Origin: Tricharina praecox
Lineage: Eukaryota
Direction: 5' to 3'
Assembly (NCBI RefSeq): GCF_024521635.1
Contig: NW_026250406.1
Location: 620,001-684,000 of the forward strand
Length of the DNA: 64,000 nt
Shown here: positions 12,481-24,896 of the stretch, one piece after another
Position numbering within the stretch: position 1 is the stretch's first letter
How the letters are laid out: every line of letters starts with the position of its first letter
Program-made: the position numbers and the translations under genes
Notes under the pieces: model-generated
Seen by the model: only the letters and a program-made list of their open reading frames with translations
Database searches by the model: none
What the model was told of the DNA's origin: nothing

Positions 12481-13552
12481 TACTCCACGAGTCCAACCCC
12501 CCCTTCCCCCGGTTCCTCCTGCTCATGTTCTGCCTTGTCTTTGTTGTCCTACGAGGCATCTTACTCTTCGTTGTCTTCTTCTTCCTCCGAGGAAGATTCG
12601 GAGCAGTCTTCTTCTTCTGACGGATCGTTCCCGTCGTCGTTCTGGTCGTTGATTTTTGATTTCATTCTTGATTTCGTTCTTGATCTTGTTGTTGACCTCC
12701 ATTTGATCTGGTCGTTGATTTCCTTTTCCTTCTCGTCTTCCTCGGAGAAGTATTCTTCGGAGGAGTGTTCCTCGTCGACCACCAAAATGGCGGCGAGTAG
12801 GACGCGAGCTTCTGCGTCGTAAAACAGTAGATCCTGACGCTCGTCACCACACAGAAGAAGAAACGTTACAGGTAGAAACCCCACGCGGTTGTTAAAATTG
12901 AATCGTTGTAGCGTCGTTGCATAGGCTTATCACTTTTGTTTTTTTTCATTCATTGATTGCGTTCGACCTATCTAGATCATGGCAATATCTAACCGTTCGG
13001 CCCCCGTTTCCCCGCCACTGTCCAATTCAACTATCATCAGGCAGCCCGATATGGCTTTCCCTGTCCCCGCCGTGGCCTAATACATAGGCTTGTCACTGCA
13101 GCCGTGACATTTGATGTCACTTGGGTAAAGAGTGACGTATCGTGAAGTCCTGCTCCAGAACGGCTGTCTACAGCACCTGTGTTGTAAATCGTGCGGACGG
13201 AATGGGCACGATTACTCTAGTCCCTTCCCGTTCATTCCTTTTGTAGGCCAGGATAAAGTAGTCCGTCCCTTCCGTCATTTTGCCGCACGGAGCTTTTTGT
13301 GATGCGATTCATGGTATTTCCGCTGCAGGTACCTGTAAAATTGTTGGCTGTCGGCTACGGTCAAGAGCGATCAATCCAGCACTAACGTACTGGTGGACGG
13401 AGTACTCCGTGCAATACAGACCTCTGGACGGTCTTGATGAATGGAGTTCCTACATTTCCGGCAATGGGTTGGTAAATACTACTGGGCTGGGCAGGACTGT
13501 TCGAAAACTAGTTAGCTGGCTGCGAGCCATGTACCATAATCACCATTGAGTC

Positions 13553-14790
13553 ACGATGAATTCGAAGGGTTACAAAGTCATTGAAGATGCAGATATCTGC
13601 GATAAAATTAAAAGCAAGAAAAATAACAACTCCTTCAGCTCTAAATATCTTCCTCATCCTCATCCTCCACCGATCCGTTCCCTGATGGTATCATCTCCTT
13701 TGCCAGTACACAAGAAAAATAACAACTCCTTCAGCTCTCATCTCTCAGCTCTCAACCTCTTCGCCTTTCTCATCCTCATCGGTTTCGTCTTCTCCGCACC
13801 ATCAATCGTTGCTTCTTAGCGTTAGCACGCGCCTTCCTTCTCCTCCCTTCCTCCTCCCGGTCTTTCTCCGAGCAGGGTTCTTCCTCCTCTTCTCCCTCCT
13901 CTTCTCCCTCGTTCTCCATCTCGGTGATGTCTTCTTCGTAAGCGGCTAAGAGGGTGACTCTGTGTTGTCCGGCGGAAGAAGAGGCACCGCCGGGGCCTGC
14001 TGAGACAAGAACTCCATGTCCCCAGCGACAGGTAAATCGGCGATGAACGAACGGATGAGGTGGTGAGGGAGGAGGTGACGCTGGTCGTGCTCGTGGACAA
14101 TCTCGTTCTGTGCGTTGGGACAGCAGGTGCCTCGCTGCGACTTTTACGTTTCTTAGGATCGGGCAACGTGGGGTCGGTTGAGGTGGAGGTCGTCGGTAAC
14201 AGTATCGCTTGTTGGAGTGATGATTGTGGAGGAGGCGGCTCTAGGCTTTGAGGCCGAGCGGGGAAGGGGGTGGCAGACGTGGATCCCCAGAAGGGGATGG
14301 CTGGTGTGGAGCCGGGGATAATGACGGCGGCCATAGGTTGGAATAGTGTGTGATTTGTGGTGGTCGGTTTAAATAGTTTTTAGTTGCGACCTGTTGAGCC
14401 GCAAAAGGTTGTCGTGGTTGGGGTTAGGAGGAGGGGAGGTAGTGAGAGGAAGTTGTTGGGGTTTTTGGTGGAAGTGGTGGTTGTGAATGGATGGGGGTAT
14501 GTATAAAGCGAGGGGCGGTCACGTTCGGGAGGGAGAGAGACAAGGTAGATGGTAGAGGATGAATGCTGTAAGAAGGGAGATGTGGAAAGGCGAAGTTGAT
14601 GGTGGATGATGAAGAAGGGGGAGGGAGAGAGAGCAAGGGCGAGAGAGGAAGGGGGAGAGAGGAAGGGGGAGAGAGGGAAAGGGGGAGTGGCGGAACCCTA
14701 CATGGTGCGTGGGATTGAATTGCCGTAGCGTTGTGACTCGTTGCTGAGGCGTGTCGCTGCCATCGAGGCTTGAGTTGTCAGTCGCACATC
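13553..14790 (-). repeat. Repeat family R1, diverged copy containing ORF 13822-14334 (MAAV.., PKKRK)
   Basis: Shares the upstream CCTCGAYGGCAGCGACA block, pyrimidine-rich leader and ATGGCCGCC start with other copies. The terminal block reads GATGCAG....CTGCGATAAAATT on the + strand. Confidence 0.65.
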
Positions 14791-15189
14791 GAGCGATCAC
14801 CCGTCCCCCGTGAAGCGCTGCCTGAAACCCACAGCACCCCGTTGGGGAGCAGACAAAAAGAAAGTAGGAGAGAAGGTCACTAGAAGAGCTGTTCGCCGAT
14901 CAGCGGTGCGGCTAGGTGACCCTGGAGTTCCCAGGAACGACGGAGGTAGGGAGGACAGCGCCACCAGACGTAGAGGAGGAGGAGGAGGAGGAGGATGAGG
15001 AGGGAAGCAAAGCATCGGCCAGCGGCAGAACATGAGTGCCCAGCAGTATACTGTGTATGCAGCATATGTAGGGAGGTGCGGACGCGTGGCTGACGATGTG
15101 ATTGTTTGTTCTTGGTGCGGACAATACTATACTGGTTCGATTTCCTATTGAATTTGTTTGGGAGGCAGGGCAGCAACGGCACCACATGA

Positions 15190-17010
15190 GCTGGGCTGTA
15201 CTAAGTAGATCACTGACAGGCTACGAGCCTACTATCTGTTGCGTCGTGATGAGCTCAGGAGAATACAAAATCATTGATGATGCAGTTGTCTGCGATAAAA
15301 TTGAAAGAACAAAACAGCACCCGCAACAGCCTCCTCCCCGTCCTCGCAATTCTTCTCCCCTTCCTCCCCTCCCTCTATCTCATCTCCCTGCTCATCTTCC
15401 CATTCATTCATCATAGATTGAATCATTAAATCATCTCCTCGTCTTCTTCCTATTCATTCAACAATCATCAAATCATCTTCTCGTCTCCTCATCTTGCGCT
15501 GCCGCTTGGTCTTGTTGTCTCGTCATCTTCAACTTCGACTTCTCCTCTCCTCATCTTTCCCTTCCTTCCTCTTCTCGTCTTCTCGTCTTCTCGTCTGGTC
15601 ATCGTCGTCATAGTCGTCTTCGTCTTTGTCGGCCGAGGCTTCCTCGACCAAGTGAGTCTTAGATGTCCCGGATGTATTATGCGTCTTTCTCTTCTTCCTC
15701 ATTTTCCACCACCTTCGTCTCGTCTTCGCCACCCTTAAATTTTCCAATGCTTCTGCAAATGTCATCTCTGTTGTAATTCAATATCCTACACGCGAGCCGC
15801 CGCATAGTCGACCATGCGGCTCTCATCCTCGACCGCAAAACAGACGGCAAGTAGGCCTAGGAGACTGAGAACGTTCAGATAGAACGAAACCTCGACCGCC
15901 AAATTGCCGACGAGTAGGGCGAGGATGGCCAACTTCAATGGGGGAGCTAGTCGGTAACGGCCTCCAGGGCCGGATTCGTGGAGTAGGGCGTAGTCGTCTT
16001 GCGGTTGGAGCTGGCCGAAGGATGACCGGAGGGCCGTTTGTGGGCCAGAGCGACAGTGGTGGCCATACTTTCTGGGAGCGTGGGTTGTAGGAAATATGTG
16101 GAATCAGGACAGTCGAGAGGGACGGGATCGGGGTTGTCGAGATGTGTTTGATAGTGATGGTAACAGACAAGGATGTACGCCGGATCTTGATCCATAGGGA
16201 GTTGTCGTGAGGTGGAAGGGTGATGGAGAAAGGTAATGAAGGGGTCGTGATGGCAAGAGAAAAGATAGAGAGGTGTAGAGAAGGGTAGTAGAACGGTGCA
16301 GGATCGGGTGTGGGAGTTGTAGAGAGTTAGAGAGATTCGTAGGGGAGGGTAGTAGAACGGTGCAGGATTAGGTGTGCAGAAACGTGGAGGATGGTAATGG
16401 TAAGATATAAGGGAGGTATCGTGAGATTGGAGGGGCATTGATGGTAGGGTAGTGAACCAAACAACGATGAAAACAGGAAAGTAATGAAATCAATGAGATC
16501 ATTGAGAACGGTGATTAGAAAGATGATGAGGAAACAAACAACTGGCCGACAGAAGAGAGAGGTCTGCCTTTTATAAACAAGGGCTCTCCGAAAATTTGGC
16601 CGATCGAATCTGGTGTAGCCAGGTCGGCGAAATTTCGCCGCTCGTGCATCTGCCATGGCCGCCTTCAAATCGAATCACAACAAACCTCTTCGCCCTCGGT
16701 CACACCGGCAGGCAGAGCTGGTCTCAGCGAGTCCCAGTCTGTTCACTACCTCTTTACAATCGGTCCCGCCCGAGTCTGCACCTCCGGGCCGAAACGGACG
16801 CGCCAAGGCGTCGTTTCCGCTAGGTCCCACATTAGGAAGAAGGGGGAAGGAGGGAAAATATGTTGATGGTGGGCTGGGAGGGAACGGCAGGTGGACAGAC
16901 GAAAGGGGGAGAACAAACTTTGAGTGGTTAGTGATGATTGTCACTGCCGTCAAGGCATGGAATGCTACTCGCTCATTGAGTGATGACGTCTGAAGTGCTG
17001 CCCGAGAAAC
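15190..17010 (-). repeat. Repeat family R1 copy
   Basis: Reverse-complement similarity: 16920-17010 to 25025-25110, 15780-16220 to 23660-24110, and 15190-15500 to 24190-24510. Confidence 0.8.
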
Positions 17011-17106
17011 ACACTCGACTGGCTGGCAGCGAGGTGCCAACTCCCGACCGGCTAGAGCCTAGAGTTGGCAGGAAAGAAGTGACACGGGTCCCCATAGTGT
17101 AGATTG

Positions 17107-17415
17107 TAGATAGGCTGCATGCGAAAACAATTGAAGATCTTGCTCTCCCTCTCCGTCCTACGGACGCTCATGCCCGAGCATCCTTCTCATCACCCAGCAG
17201 AGTCCATACTCCTGCGATGAACAATGTCTACTACACCGAACCCCCCTGCCCTAGGTCCCCAGTACGACTCCCTCTCCCTCGAAGAGCAACTTGCAACGAC
17301 TGATGTTGCAGCTTGCACTCGGACTCGCCAGATAGATGCGGAGTACATATCATATTTTCGCCATCGTCAAGATAGGCTGTATACGAAATAAATTGAAGAT
17401 CTCTCTCTCTCTCTC
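17107..17415 (+). repeat. Two copies of dispersed ~50-bp motif R2 ending in (CT)n
   Basis: Consensus AGATAGGCTGYATRCGAAATAAATTGAAGATCT(CT)n at 17107-17154 and 17356-17415. Confidence 0.75.
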
Positions 17416-18936
17416 CCATGAATTAGGTTTTGCGCCGGAAAGATCTTGCAGGCATTTGTTATTGTCCTGAAGTATTCAGCACTCGAATACCTGCTACCGT
17501 GCCGGAATGATTAAGCCGTTCGCTATTCGGTACTCGAATGGCGGCTATTGTATCAGCACGATTAAGCCATTCGTTATTCGCAATTCCTCCACGAAGTCAT
17601 CGATACTTAGTACTAATACAGTAGGACTATGCGAGCATGAGAACAGTCATCCCTGTTACAATATCTCACTATATCACTCGATCACACAGTCACGTGAACT
17701 ATAAGTTTCACAGGCCCTTCCTTCCTCCAAGTTCAAGCGGAGCGCAGAATACTGTCGTCAGATATGGGGCCAGTGTCTGGCAGCGACACCTACAGTATTT
17801 AAACGCCTTTTTCTCCCACCTACGGGGTTTAGGCTTCAACCTATCAATGATCAAACCACACGATCGATCGCTCCGGAAAATGGTAAATGCAGCTGCTTCC
17901 TTTGGGACGAACTACTTTCATTCACAGAGTGCGGAGGATATGCTGCAGCCTGTCGCTCATGCTCCGCCCCTTTTCTCTATCCTTCGCGCCAAACCCAAAG
18001 TTCCAAGGAGCACCCATGGCACTCGACCAGTCCACCGCGCACAACATCCTAGTCCTATGACGTCCTCCTAAAACTTCATTTCCTGAACATCTGGGAGGAA
18101 CAGATGACGTACACGCCAGGGCCCAGAACCATGTCCTCACCCAGCATCTGGGTCCGGACATGCTGGTCGAGCAACATGGCAGTCGGCTGGTTGGTTTTGA
18201 GGTCCGATCGATCCGCCAACGGCAAGCAGGAATTCCAATTGGCGCTCCTTATATCATTGGGATGTGGGGCTTCACTGTACTTTTGTGCGGGATCAGGGTA
18301 AAGCCAGGCGATCGGTCACTGCCAGGAATGTTCCTGTAGCTCGAAGCAGCATCCGATGACGACCGCACAGTCCGTACTCAACCGATCTCAGTGCTGTATG
18401 CTGGGTGCTCTTCTTCACTGCGCTACAGAAGACAACCCCACGGTCAAACACCAAAAAACACTTCGATCGTTGAAAGGATGCAGTCGAGCTCGCGATCAGC
18501 TCTGCAAGTCTCATCGCAGTTTGCGCGTTCATCCCGACAGTCACTCCATAAACATGGGCTTCGGATGAGGGGCTGTCTCGCTCCATAGTCGTAAGTGACT
18601 CGCAAGGTGTTTGATACCATCAGCAGCGTTACTGGAGCCACCTGGGATGGTCCGCCAATGACGTAACTTGCCTGCTACCTACCTAATGTGACTGCCACCT
18701 AGAGGGGAGCTGTTTGTATTTTTTCTATTGATTGGACATGGCGCTGACGCATCTGGTTCTTCCCGTCGACTCCATCCCATCCACTTCCACTCCACCTCAC
18801 TAACTTCCACTCCCCCTTACTCACTTTCACTCATCTCACTTACTTTCACTCCACCTCACCTACTTCCAACCCTCGCCCCCCCACCCCCACTCTAAACACA
18901 AAAACTACGATCACCACCAACTCTACCCTTGGCAAC

Positions 18937-19970
18937 ATCAACTTTGCAATCAACAATCCACTAGGATCGAAGCTCCCATCCGACAACCCGGAACAAAGCT
19001 CCTATCTTCGAATCACCTTATCTCTTCCTCTTCTCGCACCTTTCCCTCTCATCCCATTCAAATCCCCTTTATCATTGTCCTCATCCATTTCCTTTCCTTT
19101 TCCACCCCCGATCCATTTACCCACCTTTTCAACTTCCTGCTGTTTTTGCAATTGCAACTTGCCATCACAGCCATCACGCCATTGCGGTTGCCTTTGGGCT
19201 TCTTCTGATGATTTTACTCCTCGAAGAAACGAGCTATGACCGTGTCAATCGGTTCAATAATCCCCTTCACCCTGGAGCCTACTTCGAAAACAAGCTATTT
19301 ACCCTCTCGGGGAGGATGGGGTATGAGGCGGGAGGCTGGAGAAAGTTTTCTCAGACGGTTCTTGACATCTGGCTGGTCTCCCGACAGCCACAATTTCTCT
19401 TGCTATGTGAGTGCTCGTCAACTATTTGATTTTGAAGAAAACTGACGTCTTCTACAGTCATTTACCACGGTATGACGTACATGTGGACTGTCGGACGCAA
19501 TGGAACTTTGATTTCCTACCTAGTACCCCCAGTTTCAAAAGGAGGGTATGGGTTTGATACGGTCGGCCTTGGGTTGATCTACTTTGCACCCATTGTTGCA
19601 ATGATTCTTGGCGAGCTCTTCGGCCACTTCGTAAGTCACATTCTCGTCCCCTTCAGTTCGTAACGATAGGGCTAACATCATTCTCAAGTTCAACGACGCG
19701 CTCCAGAACCGATTCAGCTCTCCGCGGTATCAACTTTGCAACCAAGAATCCAATAGGATCGAAACTCCCACCCGACAACCCGGAATAAAGCTCTCATCTT
19801 CTCATCTTCTCATCTCTTCCTCTTCTCACTCCTTTCTCTCTGATCTCATTCAAATCCCCTTCATAATTGTCCTCATCCATTTCCTTTCCTTTTCCTTTTC
19901 AACTTCCTGCTTTTTTGAAGTTGTAACCTGCCATCACGGCACATCACTCCACTGTCCCACTGCGGTTGCC
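18937..19970 (+). repeat. ~250-bp diverged direct repeats (18937-19192 and 19729-19970) flanking the MFS fragment
   Basis: Both copies start ATCAACTTTGCAA, share TAGGATCGAA.CTCCCA.CCGACAACCCGGAA and ATTGTCCTCATCCATTTCCTTTCCTTTTCC, and end TGCGGTTGCC. Confidence 0.9.
19190..19715 (+). pseudogene. Internal fragment of an MFS transporter gene (DHA1/Hol1-like, ~TM6-TM8) with two intact introns
   Basis: Spliced reading AFGLLLMILLLEETSYDR..QFLLL/FIYHGMTYMWTVG..GGYGFDTVGLGLIYFAPIVAMILGELFGHF/FNDALQNRF. Introns 19407-19457 (GTGAGT..CTGAC..CAG) and 19631-19688 (GTAAGT..CTAAC..AAG). No N- or C-terminal part nearby. Confidence 0.85.
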
Positions 19971-20749
19971 ATCACGCATCACCCCGTTGTCCCACTGTGG
20001 GCTCAACAGCACTGCTACGCCAGCCCACTCCAGCCAGTAGCTAGGCTCGGTGTAGACTTACATTAGGTGGCAGTCGGGTGGGGGGGGGGGGGGGGGTGGA
20101 GATAGCAGAGATTGGCAGCACGGTAACTTATTGAATGTGGCTATGCATATTGGATAGAGTGGCTTGATCTGATTATGATAATGCTTTCATTGCTTTTAGC
20201 GGGGTCGTATGTGTCCTTATATGCCACTAGGCAGAATTATAATTACTGCATTAGGTGGGCCGGCGCGGCTTGAGAGGGACCGGCCGGTTGTTTTGTTAGC
20301 CGATTGTTTTTATTTCTGTTTCTTGTTGTTTTTCTTTTTATTTCTCTTACCAGCATCAAAATAGACAATCAACCCTCGCATAATCTCTTTTCACCGTGTG
20401 TGCTTTCGTTTATATCCCGCCTGCAGCCTGGAGGCGTGTTAGCCTCCGTCCTCACGTCATCAAACTCATGGTGGCCTCTCTGGCTCCTCAACTCCACTCT
20501 GGCGCATAAGCGTCTCTTCGGCGGTGGAGAAGGTCGGTACATGACGAAATATCTGGCGAGAAGATTGATTGAAGATGATGAAAGTTACAGTGCAAGCCGA
20601 GCTGGAGATCCACCCAAGCACTTCACTGGATGGTCTCCATGGTCAGAATCTCGCAGCTAAAGCCACAAAGAAGGCCCGCAACCCCCAAGGCAGTCGATGT
20701 ACACGGTACACCGACGGATCTCGGACAGACACCAAAGCGACCTGCGTCG

Positions 20750-20910
20750 GCAATCCTCAGCGACAATTCCGAATTCGGTCAGCTCACACCGGGAAACTCG
20801 CAGAAGTGGGATGCTACCGAGGGGACCCGCGGTACCTTCACCTTCACCCGCGGCGATGAAATCGTTGCACTGGCGAAGGCGAACGGCCAGCTCGTTCGCG
20901 GACAGTAAGT
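20750..20910 (+). pseudogene. Fragment of a GH10 endo-1,4-beta-xylanase gene
   Basis: AILSDNSEFGQLTPGNSQKWDATEGTRGTFTFTRGDEIVALAKANGQLVRG(H) fits the GH10 N-terminal motif (FGQxTPxNSxKWDATE..GQLxRGH). Ends at a GTAAGT donor (20905). No further GH10 sequence nearby. Confidence 0.88.
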
Positions 20911-21076
20911 CATCCGTCTGCCCCCATGACCCTGACCCCACACTCCTGAGCGGCGGTTAACGAGAATATCTTTCAGCACGTTGGTTTAGCACTCGCAGCT
21001 TCCGTCATGGTAGGACAACTAACCGTGGATGTGCTCCCCCACCCTGCAACCGAGAGCTGACAAGAATAAGGTTCTC

Positions 21077-21325
21077 ATGGGTATTCACCAGGGGGCCTAC
21101 GACGTGGAGTGCACGGCCATTGCCCAAGCTCTGCAAGCGGACGTCCATAGGCAACACACCCTGGGGCCTTGGCAGAGTTACCATCTTCACGGACGCGCAG
21201 GCGGCCATTAGAATAGTGACCCATTGTGCCTCCGGCCCCGGAAAGAAATACGAAACCCAGGCACGAAAGCACATCGCCACCCTCCGCCGGAGGGAGCCAG
21301 AGATCACCATCGAGATCGAATGTAT
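21077..21325 (+). mobile_element. Frameshifted RNase H fragment of a Tad1-clade non-LTR retrotransposon
   Basis: MGIHQGAYDVECTAIAQAL, then in another frame RVTIFTDAQAAIR..GPGKKYETQARKHIATLRRREPEITIEI. These are typical fungal LINE RNase H motifs. Confidence 0.8.
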
Positions 21326-21430
21326 GTGACGAGACCAGTGCAGGCAACAGCCCGAAAAGCCCATGGGCTGGGGAAACGAGAAGTCTGAAACAAGCTGTCA
21401 CGAACCCACACACCACAGACACTATGCAAT

Positions 21431-22179
21431 GTGTCCTCCTCCGCCTCTTCTCCTCTCGTCTTTTCTTCTCCATACTCACAACTTCTCCTCTCTCGCGCCG
21501 AACGGGCAGCCATAGCCTCCATTCTCACCACCATTTTCACTTCCCAAACCAAACATGCGATCATCACCCAATTTCTGACAGCTTTGGACCAGCTGGCTAC
21601 GGACGATGTCGGTAACGTCAACCACAATCAAGTCTCGTTCGCCAAGGAGCACAAGATGGCATTGCTCGAAAACATCGCTCCCACCGCCAACGATTCATTC
21701 TTCACGGACGAATCGGGCAGTAGGAGGACTGTGTTGCGGACACCAAGCTTTTGGATACGCTTTCCACGGCAGTGACGAACTACAAGTCCAAGAGAGGTCC
21801 CAGGTTCTTCTTCTCCAACAACACGCATACGACTGCGGATCCAACAAGCTCCGACGTGCGAATGAGGTGCAGGAGTGGCATACATATGTGGTATGTGAAG
21901 GGTGGTGTGGTCGGGATTTATGATCCTAGCAATGTAGCCAAACCACAGGCTATACAGTAGAGGGACATGAGGATGGTGCCGTTGGCACTGCAGTTTCTAG
22001 AGGCGCTGATAAAAAAGGGTATGAAGGTAGTGGAAGTTTGGATTGGGGGAGGAGGATATACGGAGGAAATGTGCAATGAGATGAGCCGTAGGTGGATGTA
22101 TGCAGAGGTGGTTGAAAAGGCAGGTGCGGAACTGGGCAATTGGGAGGAGAGGGGCTGGGAGAAGTTACGGGCGTTCTAA
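21431..22179 (+). pseudogene. Disrupted hypothetical protein gene
   Basis: Three ORF pieces (21431-21775, 21751-21960, 21967-22179) join via one frameshift and one in-frame TAG into a protein-like sequence (..VVGIYDPS..VWIGGGGYTEEMCNEMSRRW..). Confidence 0.5.
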
Positions 22180-23199
22180 ATGGTTGGAGAGAAAATGAGT
22201 GTATGAATGTGAGTGAAAAGTAATGATGTTGGTAGAAAAGGCGGTGAATGGAAGACGTATAAAAGAGAAGAAATAAAAGGCGACGAATGTAAAGTGTGGG
22301 AAAGAGAAGGAATGGAGGTTGGTGAATCAAACGTGAGTGAAGGAGAAGAAATAGAGGGCGGTCAATGGTATCACGGCTCACGAATGCTGCCCCTTCCTGA
22401 GTACTCTCAGTGTATCACTTGGCTGCCGGAACCACCTAACCGGGTCGTCGTAGATTAGGGCGGACCCTGTTGATATCAGAGGTTGCTAGCAGCCCTCAGA
22501 GTTCATTGCTAGCCTCCAATCTTTGGGAGCATGGTTTGGGTAAGAGTGAAGTGTCACGGAGTGCGAAGGGGTGGCGGAAGCGGGTTTGGGACGGAGATCT
22601 GGCGGCACTGATGTAGGCTACGCTGCGGGACAGGAGCAGACTGGGGTAGCGCAGCAATATACTATGGAAGTGGGGTATTCAGAGCAGGAGTGATATGGGT
22701 CCGGCACAGGCGGCAGGCCTGCGCTCGTGGGTAGGTTGCGCCGAGGATCGCTTTACGATCATCGGTCTCTTCGCAGACGAACGATGCAGCCAGTTATTCT
22801 TGGGCTTCCTCGCCATCACCCATGTGGGTATTGGGCAGACGGATCCCGGAGGTCGTCGAGGAGGCGTGGCATGTGAGGTATCGGAGTCGGAACCTAGGGA
22901 ATGAGGAAAAGGCAGGCGGTAAGGATGTGAGAAGGGGCGGAGAGCGCTGAGCGGCTGAGGTTGAGGAGCCAAGGTCACTCACGCTGTTGCTCCCGATACC
23001 GTCTTTTATAGCATCTCCTAAGGAAGAGACAGGTGACGAGGGGGTGAGGAGTTGGCCCCAACTTCTGAACAAGAGATAGCAGTGGCAGTTGAATCCTCGT
23101 CTTCTGCTGCTGCCAGCAAATGTGTCACCACTACACCACGCTACATCATCTTGGTATTCACCCGAAACGCGCCTTACGTACCGGTGTGGAGTCTCCCAA

Positions 23200-24660
23200 G
23201 CGGGCTCCGATTCCCCCCCCCCCCCCCCCCCTCTCTCGCCTTTGTATATCTTCCTCCTCATTCTTCCTAAACCACCTCTCCTTCTCCCTTCTTCCTACTC
23301 TACTTTCAACTTGCTCTCCCTCCCTTCCCCTCTTCGTATGTACCCCACCATCAATCTTACGATACCCTCTTACCACTCAACCATCCTCCATCACCCCCCC
23401 CCACCCCCCACCCGCCCACCTCATGAAAACTTCCTTATCTCTTAACATCACGATCCTTCATCACCCCTCTACGGGTAGAATGGCCGGGAAACATCTGCTT
23501 TTGAATAGCTGCGTCTATACAACTACCACAACCCATCCACCCTCTACCCGGCCCACCCCTCCTTTGCTTCTACCCAATCCACCCTTACTTTGCTCCTACT
23601 CAACCCACCCCTCCTCCTTTGCTTCTGAAATTCATCCATCTTCCCCTCATCGTCCCTCATCATACCTCACGACAACCCCCTCTGGATCAAGATCCCGCAT
23701 ACATCATTCTATCTTACCATCACTATCAATCACATCTCTACAGCCCCGATCCCGTCCCTCTCGACTGTCCTGATTACACACATTTCCCACAACCCACTCT
23801 CACATAAATTATGGCCGCCACTACGACTACTACCCACACACAGCCCTCCGGCCTACTTCTGTCCGCGTGATCTCCAAGACGACTACACCGTGCTCCACGG
23901 GTCCGACCCTGGAAGTCATTACCGACTAGCACTCCTATTCATGTTAGCCTCCTCACGCTGCTCGTCAGCAATTTGGCGGTCGAGGTTTCGTTCTATCTGA
24001 ACATCTTCGGTCTCCTGGGCCTACTTGCCGTCTGTTTGGCGGTCGAGGATAATCGCCGCATGGTCCACTATGCGGCGGTTCCCGGGTAGGATATTGAAGC
24101 ACAAGAGAGTCACAATGGTGGCAAAGAGGAGAAGAGGAGAAGAGGAGAAGACGAGAAGAGGAGAAGAGGAGAAGAGGAGAAGATGGTTTAGGAAGACGAG
24201 GAGATGATTTGACGATTGTTGAATGAATAGGAAGACGAGAAGATAATTTGATGAGAAGATGTATGATGAAGGAATGTGAAGACGAGATGATGAGATGTTG
24301 AGATGATGAATGATGAATGATGAATGATTGGGAAGACGAGCAGGGTGATGGGGAAGAGAATGAGGCTGTTGCGGGTCGCTGTTTTGTTCTGTCAATTTTA
24401 TCGCAGATAACTGCATCCTCAATGATTTTGTATTGTTCCGAGCTCTTGGCCACGCAACAGATAGTGGTTTCGCAGCTAGCCAGTGATCTACATTGTCCAG
24501 TCCAGCCCAGACTTTCCCGAAATATTTGCATCGGTGGCCGCTCATCAGCCAACATCTCCACTGTGGATCATATCTCCTTCCTCCTGTTTGTATGCTCCCC
24601 AACCTTCGTCCATATGGATCATCTCTGCTGGCCTCTCCAATGTACAATGACCAGTGTTTG
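23200..24660 (+). repeat. Repeat family R1 copy
   Basis: Same block order as the 15190-17010 copy. Conserved terminal block TTTTATCGCAGATAACTGCATC at ~24396-24417. Confidence 0.8.
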
Positions 24661-24896
24661 AACTGTTGAATATATGAGGTAGATAAACATGACAATGGTA
24701 TTCGATACAGCAGCAACATCGCGAGCAGCGAGCTCTCTCTATATACAAGCTTCATAGACTAGGAAATCTCTGCATCGATCCCTTCAGGATGTCGGTGTTC
24801 CGTCACCCGGGACCCGTCACCAGTTACCCGTGCTCGGGTACCTCACCAGAGTACACTAGGGACATCACGACCTCCGGACGTCCCATATTCTGACAT

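Noticed and set aside
17480..17610. Repeated TATTCG/CGAAT motifs
   Set aside because: Possibly a TE subterminal relic, but no ends could be defined.
11393..23231. Long G/C homopolymers (~11393, ~20079, ~23213) as G-quadruplex elements
   Set aside because: Simple mononucleotide runs of uncertain length with no supporting context.
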